Virus record (IMG/VR): IMGVR_UViG_3300025934_000015
Coordinates: 32,001 to 96,000 of that record
DNA length: 64,000 nt
Strand: one strand, 5' to 3'
Origin: a virus
Lineage: Duplodnaviria; Caudoviricetes
The stretch's first letter is position 1, and every line of letters starts with the position of its first letter. Shown piece by piece: positions 1 to 9,157 of the stretch. Position numbers and translations under genes: made by a program. Under the pieces are notes generated by a model. It saw only the letters and a list, made by a program, of their open reading frames with translations, was not told the DNA's origin and did not search any database.

Positions 1-48
1 TCAAGGCTTATTTCACAAAAAGTTTTGGGCGGTCAGCCAGACCGACGG

Positions 49-264
49 TTAATCGTCGTTCTCGGTCAGCCGTTTTCGGCACGTGTGGCAGCGGTAGCCG
101 GTGCCGTCGTAGTCCGGGTGGTCGGCGTGGTAGCTGAAACAGTTACCGCGACCATCGGGCCCGTCCCCGACGGACCCGTACCGGCGATCGGCCGTGACCT
201 CCGATGGAAAACAGCGGTTGCAAAAGTCCAGCGGGTCGTTGGCGCTCGTGTAGATGCGGGGCAT
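49..264 (-). CDS. small Cys/His-rich hypothetical protein (71 aa, probable Zn-binding)
   Basis: ATG at 264 with GGAG upstream; CNRC and CHTC motifs; follows 267-509 in the same orientation. Confidence 0.6.
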   Translation of the reverse strand: MPRIYTSANDPLDFCNRCFPSEVTADRRYGSVGDGPDGRGNCFSYHADHPDYDGTGYRCHTCRKRLTENDD

Positions 265-266
265 GA

Positions 267-509
267 TCACTCCGTGAAACACTGAAACGAACAATCGGGG
301 AGCGCGCGGTGTTCGGGTGTGCGGAAGTCGGGACGGCCAAACGCGCCACACTGCCACCACCCTGCTAAGGCCAGATTCCGCCGGAGCGCGGTGCCACACT
401 GCGGGCATTTGCCGGAGGCTACCACGCGTCCCGCTTCGGCCTTGGCGGCGATACGCTCCTGGGCGCTCTTCCGCAGATACGCGCGTGACAGTCGCTGTTG
501 TTTGGTCAT
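267..509 (-). CDS. small Zn-ribbon hypothetical protein (80 aa)
   Basis: ATG at 509 preceded by GGAG; CPQC...WWQC...C motif. Confidence 0.6.
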   Translation of the reverse strand: MTKQQRLSRAYLRKSAQERIAAKAEAGRVVASGKCPQCGTALRRNLALAGWWQCGAFGRPDFRTPEHRALPDCSFQCFTE

Positions 510-520
510 CGGTACTCCGG

Positions 521-556
521 AAAAAGGTGGGCCCGCTGCAATCGCCCGGCGGGCCC
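521..556 (-). terminator. possible intrinsic terminator/attenuator on the minus strand
   Basis: GGGCCCGC / GCGGGCCC 8-bp stem followed by ACC-TTTTT on the minus strand. Confidence 0.35.
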
Positions 557-674
557 GGTCTCCACGTCCGCTGACCGCGCCATGCGGCCTCTTGGTTCCC
601 GTCACGCTCGTAACGGTCTGTAGGGTTAGACGGATCACCGCGGTGAAATGTTCCCCCGCGGTGATCAAAAAGTG

Positions 675-1205
675 TTACGCCAGCGCGGCGCGCAGGGTCT
701 TCATGCGACCCGCGTGCGTGCGCGCTTCCGCCGCCTTGTGCAGCGTGGCCGGGATCGACACCATACGGCGGAAGTCCTGCTCGGCCAGATAGTTCCCGGC
801 AGCCTTCCGGGTCCGCAACACCGCCAGCGCGGCGCGCACGGCGTCCCTGGTGTCCATATACTCCTTGGCGGTGGCACGCGCCTTGCCCTCATCAACAAAT
901 TTCACTTTCGGCACGCCACCCATATCGATCGTCACCAACACGGTCCGGCCGGTGCCGTGGTTGACGCCGCCGCAGGCGCACTCGCAGAGCGGCCCACGCG
1001 CGCCCGTGCAGCGGCCATCGCAGGCGCAGCGCTCCTCGACGCGGACCAGCCGGTCGCCTTCGACGCGGCCCATATTCTCAATAGTCCCGTCGCAGATGTC
1101 GCAGCGCCAGTCGGCGGACGGCACGGTCTCGACGGACGCCACCGTCAGGCAGAGCGTGCAGCGGATAAACCAGCGATTCACCGTCGGTCCGTTGTGTGAT
1201 GTCAT
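675..1205 (-). CDS. Cys-rich metal-binding phage protein (176 aa)
   Basis: CTLC, CDIC and CACDGRCTGARGPLCECACGGVNHG motifs; directly downstream of a consensus-like promoter. Confidence 0.75.
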   Translation of the reverse strand: MTSHNGPTVNRWFIRCTLCLTVASVETVPSADWRCDICDGTIENMGRVEGDRLVRVEERCACDGRCTGARGPLCECACGGVNHGTGRTVLVTIDMGGVPKVKFVDEGKARATAKEYMDTRDAVRAALAVLRTRKAAGNYLAEQDFRRMVSIPATLHKAAEARTHAGRMKTLRAALA

Positions 1206-1248
1206 GACGCTAGACTATCGCGGTTTTAAACTGGTGTCAATAGACACC
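1206..1248 (-). promoter_or_regulatory. sigma70-type leftward promoter with overlapping palindrome; probable leaderless mRNA
   Basis: minus strand TTGACA (1240-1235), 17 nt, TAGTCT (1217-1212), 6 nt, ATG (1205); inverted repeat GGTGTC-aata-GACACC at 1233-1248. Confidence 0.7.
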
Positions 1249-1373
1249 GCGCTCGGTCACATGCCTATGGCGGAAGGACAGCGAAGCCGTGTCGGCTTGA
1301 CTTTGTGACGCAAAGTCGAGTGGGAAAAACGTTAGGAATGTGGCGGGTTTTTCCGTGCAGACCGTCTTCGGCC

Positions 1374-1401
1374 TTGACTTCTGGCGGACCGGGGGTATAG
1401 T
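1374..1401 (+). promoter_or_regulatory. sigma70-type rightward promoter for the replication operon
   Basis: TTGACT (1374-1379), 16 nt, TATAGT (1396-1401). Confidence 0.6.
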
Positions 1402-1531
1402 CGCGGTTTGGTCCGGACGGGCGGCCGCTCTTTACCGAAGGATTGATTAGACCCGATCTAACGGGTCCGGACCATTCACCTTCACATTTAACACGGGAGG
1501 TCTAAACCGTGCGCTCGCACTCAGACCACGC

Positions 1532-3631
1532 ATGAGTGGTCTCGACATCGTTCACGAATACGTCAATAGAGGGTGGCGATTCGTGACGTGGCCGCAAGTC
1601 GGGGACGACAAGGGCCCGAAAACTAAAGACTGGACGCAGCGGACATACGGGCTGCACGATTACCACGAGGGCCAACGTGTCGGTATCATGACCGGCACGC
1701 AGATCGCGCCTGGCTGCTATCTCCACGACGTTGATATCGACTGGACCGAAGGCGCCAACATCGCCCTGGCCTTTCTTCCGACCACCGACTTCGTCTTTGG
1801 TCGCGAGAGTAAACCGGTCTCGCACTGCTTCTACACGCTGCCCGAACCGATCCCTACGTTTAAATACGAGGATATTGATAAGACGTCGCTGATTGAAATC
1901 CGCGGGTCCAAGGCCAACGGCGAGATCGGTTTCCAGACCATGGTGCCGCCCTCCGAATGGACGAAGGCGGAGAGTGACGGTCACGGTACGGTCACGGTCC
2001 GTCGGGAACAACTCATCTTCCAAAAGAACGGCACGCCCGCCCACGTCAACACCACGACGGTCCTGCGTGAGAAGGTCTGCTACTCGGCTATTGGGATGAT
2101 TCTCGCCAAGCATTTGGGCGTCAATGGGTTTGGTCATGACCCGCGCATGGCCTGGGCCGGATTTCTGTTGCGTGCCGGAGTGTCGCCCGAAGATCTGATC
2201 ATTATGGGCGAGGCAATGTCCTGGTACTGCAATAACCGGGAAATCGACGACGTCCGGCGCGTGGTGGAGTCTACGGCGCAAGCGCTCCAGAACGCGGAGA
2301 AAAAGGTCAAAGGCGGACCGACCCTCGCACGCATCCTGGGCAGTAACGGGAAAGCGATTCTTGCGCAGATCAATAAGTGGTTAGGCCGCGACGTCGATTT
2401 CGTCCGCAACGCCGAAGGCCACATCCTCAAGGACCACCAGGAGAATATCCGTCGTGCACTGATCATGATGAACGTGGAACTCTCCTATGATGAGTTCTCC
2501 GAACGCGCGATGGTGGACCGCAAAGGCACGTTGGATGACGCCAAGTTCGATGACATTTGGCTGCGGATGGATGAAGAGTACAAACTTCGACCGACGTACG
2601 TTTTCTATGAAAAAGTGATTAAACGCATTTGTCGGGAAAACAGCTTTCATCCGGTCCGCGAGTACTTGAACACGCTGGAGTGGGATGGGATCAGTCGGCT
2701 AGATAGTTGGTTGATCGATCATGCGGGCGCGGAGGATACGCCGTACGTCCGCGCCGTGTCGTCCATTGTCCTCATCGCAGCCGTCCGTCGCATCCGGAAA
2801 CCGGGCTGCAAGTACGACGAAATGCTCATCCTCGAAGGTGAGCAGGGTCTGAACAAATCGTCCGCGCTCCGGGCGCTCTGCCCACGTCCGGAGTGGTTCT
2901 CTGATGACTTACCCCTCAATATCAGTAGCCAGCGCGTGATTGAGGGCACGCTGGGCAAGTGGATCATTGAAGCGGCGGATCTCGCCGGCAAACGCAAGGC
3001 GGAGATTGAACAGCTCAAGTCCACACTCTCGCGCGGCACCGATGGTCCGGCGCGCATGGCCTACGCGCATCAACCGGTAGAACGCGCACGACAATTCATC
3101 CTCATTGGCACCACGAACAGCGCGGCCTATCTGACCGATCCCACGGGCGCACGACGGTTCTGGCCGGTCGCCATCGGTCGATTTGATGTGGGCAAGTTGC
3201 TGACGGCGCGGGATCACATCTGGGCGGAAGCGGCAGCCCGGGAAGCGGCCAACGAATCGATCCGGTTAGCCGAGGAGTTGTGGCCAGACGCGGCGCAGCA
3301 ACAGGAAAAACGCCGGGAAATTGACCCGTGGGAAGCGTCGATCCGTGATGCCTTGTCCGCCATCATCCCCAATACCGACGGCAAGCGCAGAGTGGCGACC
3401 AACACCCTCTGGGAAGCGCTCGGCATTGAAAACTCCCGCCGGGACCGGCAAGGCGCGACCAGGGTGTCTGAGATCATGCAGCGGTTAGGGTTCCGTCGCA
3501 CCACCGTCCGTCTGGAAGGCGGCGTTGCGGTCGGCTACATCACCGACAATGAGGCCAAGTTGGAGAGCCTGACGCCGGAAGATGAGGAGACGGTGAAGCG
3601 GACCGCGAAGACCAAGGCTCCGGAGTTCTAA
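1532..3631 (+). CDS. bifunctional primase-polymerase fused to a VapE-family helicase
   Basis: N-terminal Prim-Pol motifs (KGP..W, VGIMTG, DVDID); C-terminal VapE motifs (FHPVREYL, WDGISRL, PGCKYD, GEQGLNKS, GTTN, DPTGARRFWPV). Confidence 0.9.
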   Translation: MSGLDIVHEYVNRGWRFVTWPQVGDDKGPKTKDWTQRTYGLHDYHEGQRVGIMTGTQIAPGCYLHDVDIDWTEGANIALAFLPTTDFVFGRESKPVSHCFYTLPEPIPTFKYEDIDKTSLIEIRGSKANGEIGFQTMVPPSEWTKAESDGHGTVTVRREQLIFQKNGTPAHVNTTTVLREKVCYSAIGMILAKHLGVNGFGHDPRMAWAGFLLRAGVSPEDLIIMGEAMSWYCNNREIDDVRRVVESTAQALQNAEKKVKGGPTLARILGSNGKAILAQINKWLGRDVDFVRNAEGHILKDHQENIRRALIMMNVELSYDEFSERAMVDRKGTLDDAKFDDIWLRMDEEYKLRPTYVFYEKVIKRICRENSFHPVREYLNTLEWDGISRLDSWLIDHAGAEDTPYVRAVSSIVLIAAVRRIRKPGCKYDEMLILEGEQGLNKSSALRALCPRPEWFSDDLPLNISSQRVIEGTLGKWIIEAADLAGKRKAEIEQLKSTLSRGTDGPARMAYAHQPVERARQFILIGTTNSAAYLTDPTGARRFWPVAIGRFDVGKLLTARDHIWAEAAAREAANESIRLAEELWPDAAQQQEKRREIDPWEASIRDALSAIIPNTDGKRRVATNTLWEALGIENSRRDRQGATRVSEIMQRLGFRRTTVRLEGGVAVGYITDNEAKLESLTPEDEETVKRTAKTKAPEF

Positions 3632-4338
3632 TGTTTCACTACTACGGCACGAAGCGGCAATTGGCAGCGGCGTATCCGCCCCCGGACTATCCCCTCATCA
3701 TTGAGCCGTTCGCGGGTTCAGCGGCATATGCCGTGCACCATCTCCGGCTGAATCCGTCGCTCCAGGTGTTGCTGTTTGAAAAGAACCCCCGGGTATTCAA
3801 CGTCTGGCACCGATTATTGTCCTTAACACCCGCGGAAGTGTTGGCGCTCCCGCGTCCGGCGGCGGGGGAGTGGACCAGGGACTTCCTCTACATGACCACC
3901 GAGTATAGCAATGCGATTGCGCATTGTACCGGCGTCACCGTGACGCCGAGGATGGAAGCATCGATCCCGCGCATGCTCGAAGATATCGCGTGGACACTCA
4001 CCTTCGTGCGCGGCCGGATTGACGTGGTGCTCGGGGACTACCGGGATGCGCCGGACACCGAGGCCACATGGTACATCGACCCGCCCTATCAGACGAACGA
4101 TAAGGAAGCGCGGACCGCGAAGGGCAACGGCTACGGCGATTACAGTGCCGATAAGTTAGACTTCCCGGCGCTCGGTGCGTGGTGTCAATCACGCCCGGGT
4201 CAGGTGATCGTCGCGGAACAGCTCGGCGCGGATTGGTTGCCGTTCGTGCCCTTGCGGAATATGCGGGATAGTCAGGGGCAGCGGAAACTTGAAGTATGGT
4301 GGACCAATCGTCCGCCGCGGACACTCTTTGATGAATGA
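3631..4338 (+). CDS. DNA N6-adenine methyltransferase (Dam/D12-like)
   Basis: YYGTK, EPFAGSA (motif I) and IDPPY (motif IV). Confidence 0.85.
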   Translation: MFHYYGTKRQLAAAYPPPDYPLIIEPFAGSAAYAVHHLRLNPSLQVLLFEKNPRVFNVWHRLLSLTPAEVLALPRPAAGEWTRDFLYMTTEYSNAIAHCTGVTVTPRMEASIPRMLEDIAWTLTFVRGRIDVVLGDYRDAPDTEATWYIDPPYQTNDKEARTAKGNGYGDYSADKLDFPALGAWCQSRPGQVIVAEQLGADWLPFVPLRNMRDSQGQRKLEVWWTNRPPRTLFDE

Positions 4339-4627
4339 AACGTCCTGGTTTGCCATGAATGGCGTGAAGGTGCCCGCCATCAGCGTGATTCCCACCATCA
4401 CGTTTGACATGCACACACAGGCGGAGCGGTGGAGTCTGCAAGTAGACCTTGACAGGGCGGAACTCGGGGAGTACCGTGCGTTAGTTCAAAACTTCGTGGT
4501 GATGGATCTCGTGTTTTTGGACGGGAATTTTCAGGTTCGGCGGGGCCGGGCGGTGCTGGCCTCGGCCTTGGCTATGGGTGGCGGCGTGGTCCGGCTGGCG
4601 TGGCTGGGCCGTGGGAGGCTCCGCTGA
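4331..4627 (+). CDS. hypothetical protein
   Basis: ATG overlaps the end of the methylase; same operon. Confidence 0.5.
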   Translation: MNETSWFAMNGVKVPAISVIPTITFDMHTQAERWSLQVDLDRAELGEYRALVQNFVVMDLVFLDGNFQVRRGRAVLASALAMGGGVVRLAWLGRGRLR

Positions 4628-4760
4628 TGCGCATCTATTACTGTGCTATCTGTCGCCGGTTTTTCCCGGCTGATGTTCTCGAACAAGGTCGTCATCGTAT
4701 CATCGTGATGTACGGTCCTGATATCTTCCATAGCGTGACGCTTGTTGATCCGGAGGCCTG

Positions 4761-4988
4761 ATGCACAGTAAACCGATGGCCGATTCTGACGGGACGTTTG
4801 CGGAGTGGAAGATCCATCCTGAGCGATGCACACGACCCATCGCCTCCGAGTCGACGTCCGGCGTTCAGCGCGAATGTGGGGCCGTGGTGCGCTACCGACT
4901 CTGGGAATCGAGCGATGGTGCGTACGAGGATTATCAGTTGCGCTGTGAGAACGGTCATATGTGGTGGGTGGAGGGCTCAGACGCGTGA
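4761..4988 (+). CDS. small hypothetical protein (possible Zn ribbon)
   Basis: GGAGG RBS; C...EC...CENGH pattern. Confidence 0.6.
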   Translation: MHSKPMADSDGTFAEWKIHPERCTRPIASESTSGVQRECGAVVRYRLWESSDGAYEDYQLRCENGHMWWVEGSDA

Positions 4989-5185
4989 TCTGTACACGAT
5001 GCAACAAAAATCTCTGGGATTGCCGCTGTCGCACGGATGCGGAGTTGCGCGAGATCACCGACGTCGTAGCAACCAAATGGTGTCGGGGCTGCGATAAACA
5101 CTACTCGCGATGTGTCTGTGCATCGCCGCAGTGGGTGGTCCTGCTCCATGGGGAGTTCTATCCGTTTCCTTTGTCGGAGTCGTGA
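4985..5185 (+). CDS. small Cys-rich protein with two CxxC-x6-CxC units
   Basis: GTGA overlap; CTRCNKNLWDCRC and CRGCDKHYSRCVC. Confidence 0.55.
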   Translation: MICTRCNKNLWDCRCRTDAELREITDVVATKWCRGCDKHYSRCVCASPQWVVLLHGEFYPFPLSES

Positions 5186-5187
5186 CC

Positions 5188-5385
5188 ATGGCTGAACTGC
5201 ATTTTTCGCGTGATGGCTATTTCAACGGGCCATCCCTCTGTCGGGGTGGCGATGCGAAACCCACGTACCCGAGGGATCTGCCGCTGCGGATGCGCGTCGA
5301 AGTGACGTGTCCAGAGTGCATTGAACGGGACAAAGACGAACCACGACCATCACCGTGGGAGACGGTCGATCGTGCCAAGCATTAA
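5188..5385 (+). CDS. small hypothetical protein
   Basis: GGAG RBS; H...LC...VTCPEC motif. Confidence 0.55.
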   Translation: MAELHFSRDGYFNGPSLCRGGDAKPTYPRDLPLRMRVEVTCPECIERDKDEPRPSPWETVDRAKH

Positions 5386-5701
5386 AGATCAGATCCACGA
5401 TCTCCATCGTGCGTTTAATGTGGCCATCCGTCGGGTCCATGGCACGCACATGCTTGCGTGTGACGGGGACGACTGCGCGGTCTGCGAGTACGTCCGGGCC
5501 AGGGAGGACGTGAAAGAGGACATGCGCAAAATGATCGGGGACGCGCGCCTCCGGTTTCTGCGGGATGCGCAGGACGTGGTCGGCAGTGACGATCGCCTCC
5601 GTGCGCTGGCGTGGGGCCTGCTGTTCGCGATTGGCGAGGTGTCACCCGAGGATGCGCTCCAAGTCCTCTACCGTGAGAAGTACCGTGAGGTGCCGTCGTG
5701 A
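5372..5701 (+). CDS. hypothetical protein
   Basis: GTG start with GGAG upstream; coupled to the next gene by GTGA. Confidence 0.55.
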   Translation: MPSIKDQIHDLHRAFNVAIRRVHGTHMLACDGDDCAVCEYVRAREDVKEDMRKMIGDARLRFLRDAQDVVGSDDRLRALAWGLLFAIGEVSPEDALQVLYREKYREVPS

Positions 5702-6066
5702 TCGTCGTCTACATCGCAGGGCCTTTTCGATCCGTCAATCCGGCGACTGGCAAATCCAATGCGTGGGGCGTGCAGCAAAACGTGATGCGTGCCATGGCAT
5801 TAGCCCTCGAAGTGTGGAAGCGGGGCGCGGTCGCGCTCTGTCCGCACAGCAATACCATGTTTTTTCAGGACGCCGACGGGGTCGAGGATACGGTGTGGCT
5901 CCAGGGAGATTTGGAGCTGTTGAGCCGCTGTGACGCCATGCTCCTCACCGAGAATTGGCAGGCCTCCAGTGGCGCACGGGCCGAAGTGCAGTGGTATGAG
6001 GAGCAGGGCGGTATCATTCTTCCTAATCTTGAGGCGTTAGATGCCTTTCTCGCCGGACGGACATGA
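5698..6066 (+). CDS. DUF4406/DUF1937-like protein (nucleoside deoxyribosyltransferase-like fold)
   Basis: VYIAGPF...CPH...LLSRCDA...WQASSGARAE signature. Confidence 0.8.
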   Translation: MIVVYIAGPFRSVNPATGKSNAWGVQQNVMRAMALALEVWKRGAVALCPHSNTMFFQDADGVEDTVWLQGDLELLSRCDAMLLTENWQASSGARAEVQWYEEQGGIILPNLEALDAFLAGRT

Positions 6067-6347
6067 TCATCTGCCCGGCGTGTCGGGGACGGGCGACGAA
6101 GTTAGTCAATATCAGTTGGGGCACCATCACGTGCCAGCAATGCGGTCATTCGTGGGAGTGTGTGATGCCTGAGCCTGTCGGGACATTGTCCAATGAGCGG
6201 CTGTTGAACATGATTCATCGGTGGGAGCGGGGCCGCTTGTACGCGGTCCAGCACGCCATGACCACGACGGATCCCATCACCATTCCGTGGCCGGAGGGCT
6301 ACGAGGAAGCGGTGATGGAGGCGCAGCGGCGGAAGTTGTGTCTGTAG
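6063..6347 (+). CDS. Zn-ribbon hypothetical protein
   Basis: ATGA overlap; CPAC...CQQCGHSW. Confidence 0.6.
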   Translation: MIICPACRGRATKLVNISWGTITCQQCGHSWECVMPEPVGTLSNERLLNMIHRWERGRLYAVQHAMTTTDPITIPWPEGYEEAVMEAQRRKLCL

Positions 6348-6607
6348 GCGAGGAGCGACCGCTTGGCATCTGTGGCCGCTGTTACGACGAAGGTGTGGAG
6401 ATCTTTCCGGCCACGTGCGTGGAGAAACCGGAGGCGTTGATCGGGGCACCTATCGGCATGTACCATTGCCCGGATTGTGGTGCCATGGTCTTAGCGGGAC
6501 TGCCGCATCCGGAGGTCTGCCGCCGGTGCCTTGAGGGCCGACGGCCTGGGTGGGATTGTCAATTTGAGGACGGTCGGGATGGACCCGAGATATCAGGCGT
6601 GGATTGA
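6338..6607 (+). CDS. Cys-rich hypothetical protein
   Basis: CGRC, CPDC, CRRC motifs; start uncertain. Confidence 0.5.
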   Translation: MSVGEERPLGICGRCYDEGVEIFPATCVEKPEALIGAPIGMYHCPDCGAMVLAGLPHPEVCRRCLEGRRPGWDCQFEDGRDGPEISGVD

Positions 6608-6968
6608 CGCGCAGGGCTTGCCGGACTATCCGGTGGGGCTGTGTTATACCGTGTCGACGAAGATGGCGGAGGCCTTTCCGGAGTTGGTCTTGACCCGCGG
6701 CCATGTGACGATGCCGTGTCCGGACCAGGGACTCAAGCGCTGGCCGCACTGGTGGCTGGTCGCGCCCGACGGATCGATTGTGGATCCGACGGCCGCGCAG
6801 TTTCCCGGGGCGACCCCGAAGGACTACGAGGAAGAACCTCCGAACGCCGAAGAACCCACCGGCAAGTGCCTCGAATGTGGGGCGTACACGTACCGTGGTG
6901 ATAGCTTCTGTAGCGTTGTGCATGAACGATCCTACATGGCCTACATCATGGACCCGCGGAGGTACTAA
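6579..6968 (+). CDS. transglutaminase/papain-like Cys-His-Asp domain protein with C-terminal Zn finger
   Basis: GLC...HWWL...IVDPTAAQF triad pattern; CLEC...FCS..H. Confidence 0.65.
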   Translation: MDPRYQAWIDAQGLPDYPVGLCYTVSTKMAEAFPELVLTRGHVTMPCPDQGLKRWPHWWLVAPDGSIVDPTAAQFPGATPKDYEEEPPNAEEPTGKCLECGAYTYRGDSFCSVVHERSYMAYIMDPRRY

Positions 6969-6969
6969 C

Positions 6970-7278
6970 ATGGCATCCCGGATGTATATCGAGAAAGTCG
7001 AAGCCTTCTTAGCGGATCTGGCGGGCGATGACAACCTGGGTGATCACGAGTACGTCGAAGTCTTGGACGAACTGATTGATCGGGCCGAGTCCGCACGCAC
7101 AGCCAAGCAACAGGAGATGTCGAAGGACGACACCGAGGAGGAATGGGGATGGCTAGTACGACGCACATGCTCTACCGCTGTGACCACTGCCAGCATGAGA
7201 GCCTCGTGCGGGCGGAGGCGCATCGTCCTCGCATGTGTCCGCAGACGAATTGCAATGGGACCCAGTCCCCGGTCGTGA
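6970..7278 (+). CDS. acidic hypothetical protein
   Basis: GGAGG RBS; 3' end overlaps the next ORF, so the end is uncertain. Confidence 0.5.
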   Translation: MASRMYIEKVEAFLADLAGDDNLGDHEYVEVLDELIDRAESARTAKQQEMSKDDTEEEWGWLVRRTCSTAVTTASMRASCGRRRIVLACVRRRIAMGPSPRS

Positions 7279-8072
7279 CGACCGACGATCAACAGCGGTT
7301 AGGGTGGCGTGCGGGCCCAGGGGCACCGACGCCTCCAGACCCGTCGGATCACGTCTGGCGCTGCTTTCACTGCGACGAGGTGTTTACCGATCATGGCTCG
7401 GCCAGGGAACACTTTGGTGAGTATGTGGACAGTACGCCTGCCTGTAAGCTAGCCGAGTCAGAGGGCGGACTGGTTCAGCGCATCCGAGATCTGGAGCGTG
7501 CGCTTGATGAGGCGCTGGCTGAGGTCTCCTCGTACGAGAATGACGCGCGGCTGTGGCACGATGCGGAAGCGGACCGCGTGCGACGGATTGGTCATGTGCA
7601 GTGGTGGCAGGAGCTGGACTCGAAACAGGGCGAGATTCTCGTACTCCAGGAAGAGGTCGCGCGGCTGAAGGCGGGGAAGTTCACCGCCGACGAAATTCAC
7701 GATATTTGTCATGACCTCCATGGTACGGTAGACGCCCAGGGCTTTGCCGACGGCTGCGCCATTGAACAGCAGCGGCTGTATGGGTGTGCGCCGGATCGGG
7801 ATCGCGTAGCGCGGTTGCGGGGCGTCCTGCAACGGGCCCTGGTATTCATGGACCATGCGCCGGGCTGTGGCACACGGAGGCGCGAGGATCTCCTCTCGCC
7901 GGCGTGCACGTGTGGGCTGATGGAAGTCGCTACGGCTATGGATGCCGAGCGACGGGGGCCACGCGTTCACGAACTCCGCTGTACCGCGTGTGGCGTGTCC
8001 ATCACGCCGGAGGCGTGGACTGGGGCGTGTCCAGGGTGTGGCAATGGCACGATGCGTGAGATGACATCATGA
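7149..8072 (+). CDS. multi-Zn-finger and coiled-coil phage protein
   Basis: CDHC, WRCFHC..HFG..PAC, H..C...CTC and CTAC..CPGC motifs separated by coiled coils. Confidence 0.7.
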   Translation: MASTTHMLYRCDHCQHESLVRAEAHRPRMCPQTNCNGTQSPVVTTDDQQRLGWRAGPGAPTPPDPSDHVWRCFHCDEVFTDHGSAREHFGEYVDSTPACKLAESEGGLVQRIRDLERALDEALAEVSSYENDARLWHDAEADRVRRIGHVQWWQELDSKQGEILVLQEEVARLKAGKFTADEIHDICHDLHGTVDAQGFADGCAIEQQRLYGCAPDRDRVARLRGVLQRALVFMDHAPGCGTRRREDLLSPACTCGLMEVATAMDAERRGPRVHELRCTACGVSITPEAWTGACPGCGNGTMREMTS

Positions 8073-8434
8073 GTGTAGACGAGCGGGATCACTATCGATT
8101 GGCGGTGGCGAGGAAGGCCATTCGGGAGCAGCCAAGTGCGCTCGCAGCCTCTGCCGTGTGGCGCGCGATCCGGGACACGGCACGCGCCCATGCCTTGGCG
8201 GACGGCTTCGTGGACTGGCGCACCCTGGAACCACTGTTTGAACGGGCCTTTGAGGACAGTCCCTCGCCAGAAACGGGACCGAGGCTCTCCCCGTCTGTCC
8301 GGGACTTAGCGGCGGAGATTGCGAAGGCGTTGTGGCCGACACCCGTTCGTCTGTTACGGTCGCAGGCTGAGCGGGACGTCCGCGAGGGGCGGGAACAGTT
8401 GATTGCGCATATTCTGGAACGGGTGTTGTCGTGA
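8069..8434 (+). CDS. hypothetical protein
   Basis: ATGA coupling. Confidence 0.6.
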   Translation: MSVDERDHYRLAVARKAIREQPSALAASAVWRAIRDTARAHALADGFVDWRTLEPLFERAFEDSPSPETGPRLSPSVRDLAAEIAKALWPTPVRLLRSQAERDVREGREQLIAHILERVLS

Positions 8435-8703
8435 GCGTCCTGCGTGATAGCGCGCTCCGGCAACTGGCCCGGTACCATGCGCTGCGGATCCTCGACGATC
8501 TGTCTCCGGCCTCCACCAAGGACTTTGAGACCCTGGTGCAGGCGCTCCTCGCGTTTCACCATGAAGCAGGATCGCGATGGGAGACCGATGCACCGTCGAT
8601 TACGTGTCCACGCTGTCGCAAAACGTCGTATCACATCAATGACGTGCGGCAGCGGTACTGCGGGAACTGTCATGTGTTTCTGCGAGAGGAAGAACTGGGA
8701 TGA
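8431..8703 (+). CDS. Zn-finger hypothetical protein
   Basis: SITCPRC..SYH.ND...YCGNCH motif; GTGA coupling. Confidence 0.65.
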   Translation: MSVLRDSALRQLARYHALRILDDLSPASTKDFETLVQALLAFHHEAGSRWETDAPSITCPRCRKTSYHINDVRQRYCGNCHVFLREEELG

Positions 8704-8939
8704 TCGACAAGCATGCTGTGGGCCTCTATGACAAGTTCAGCGTACGTCGTACGGACGGCAGTGATGCGCCCGGTGGCAAACACGACGGCTGTACCTACTT
8801 CGTGTTAGACGCTACGCACGATCCGCACGCGCTTCCGGCTTTGCGGGCGTATGCGAACTCCTGTCGTTCAGATTATCCATTGTTAGCGAGGGATCTCGAT
8901 GCACTCGCAGATCGGCATGCGCATAAGGAGCCTCGATGA
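8700..8939 (+). CDS. conserved phage hypothetical protein
   Basis: GLY.KF.VRRTDG...KH..C.YFVLD..HDPHA..AL.AYA pattern, recognisable from many phages. Confidence 0.75.
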   Translation: MIDKHAVGLYDKFSVRRTDGSDAPGGKHDGCTYFVLDATHDPHALPALRAYANSCRSDYPLLARDLDALADRHAHKEPR

Positions 8940-9151
8940 AGAATGACGAGACCGGCTGGATTGAGGCGGATATCACCATCAATGGGCAACCGCTCTCGTT
9001 TGCCGAATCACTCACGTTGCGCGTGGCCATTCAGAGTTTTCTGATGTTTCTGTCATCGGTCCAGGTGCAACAGGATCTGGGCGTCATTAGTGACGGGTAC
9101 AGCCGCGCGTGTCAGAGCATCAACGAGAAGCTGTTTCGGCCCAAGCCCTGA
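8936..9151 (+). CDS. hypothetical protein
   Basis: AGGAG RBS; ATGA coupling. Confidence 0.65.
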   Translation: MKNDETGWIEADITINGQPLSFAESLTLRVAIQSFLMFLSSVQVQQDLGVISDGYSRACQSINEKLFRPKP

Positions 9152-9157
9152 CACGCC

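Noticed and set aside
3631-4338. Restriction-modification system
   Set aside because: Orphan methyltransferase; no adjacent endonuclease motif recognised.
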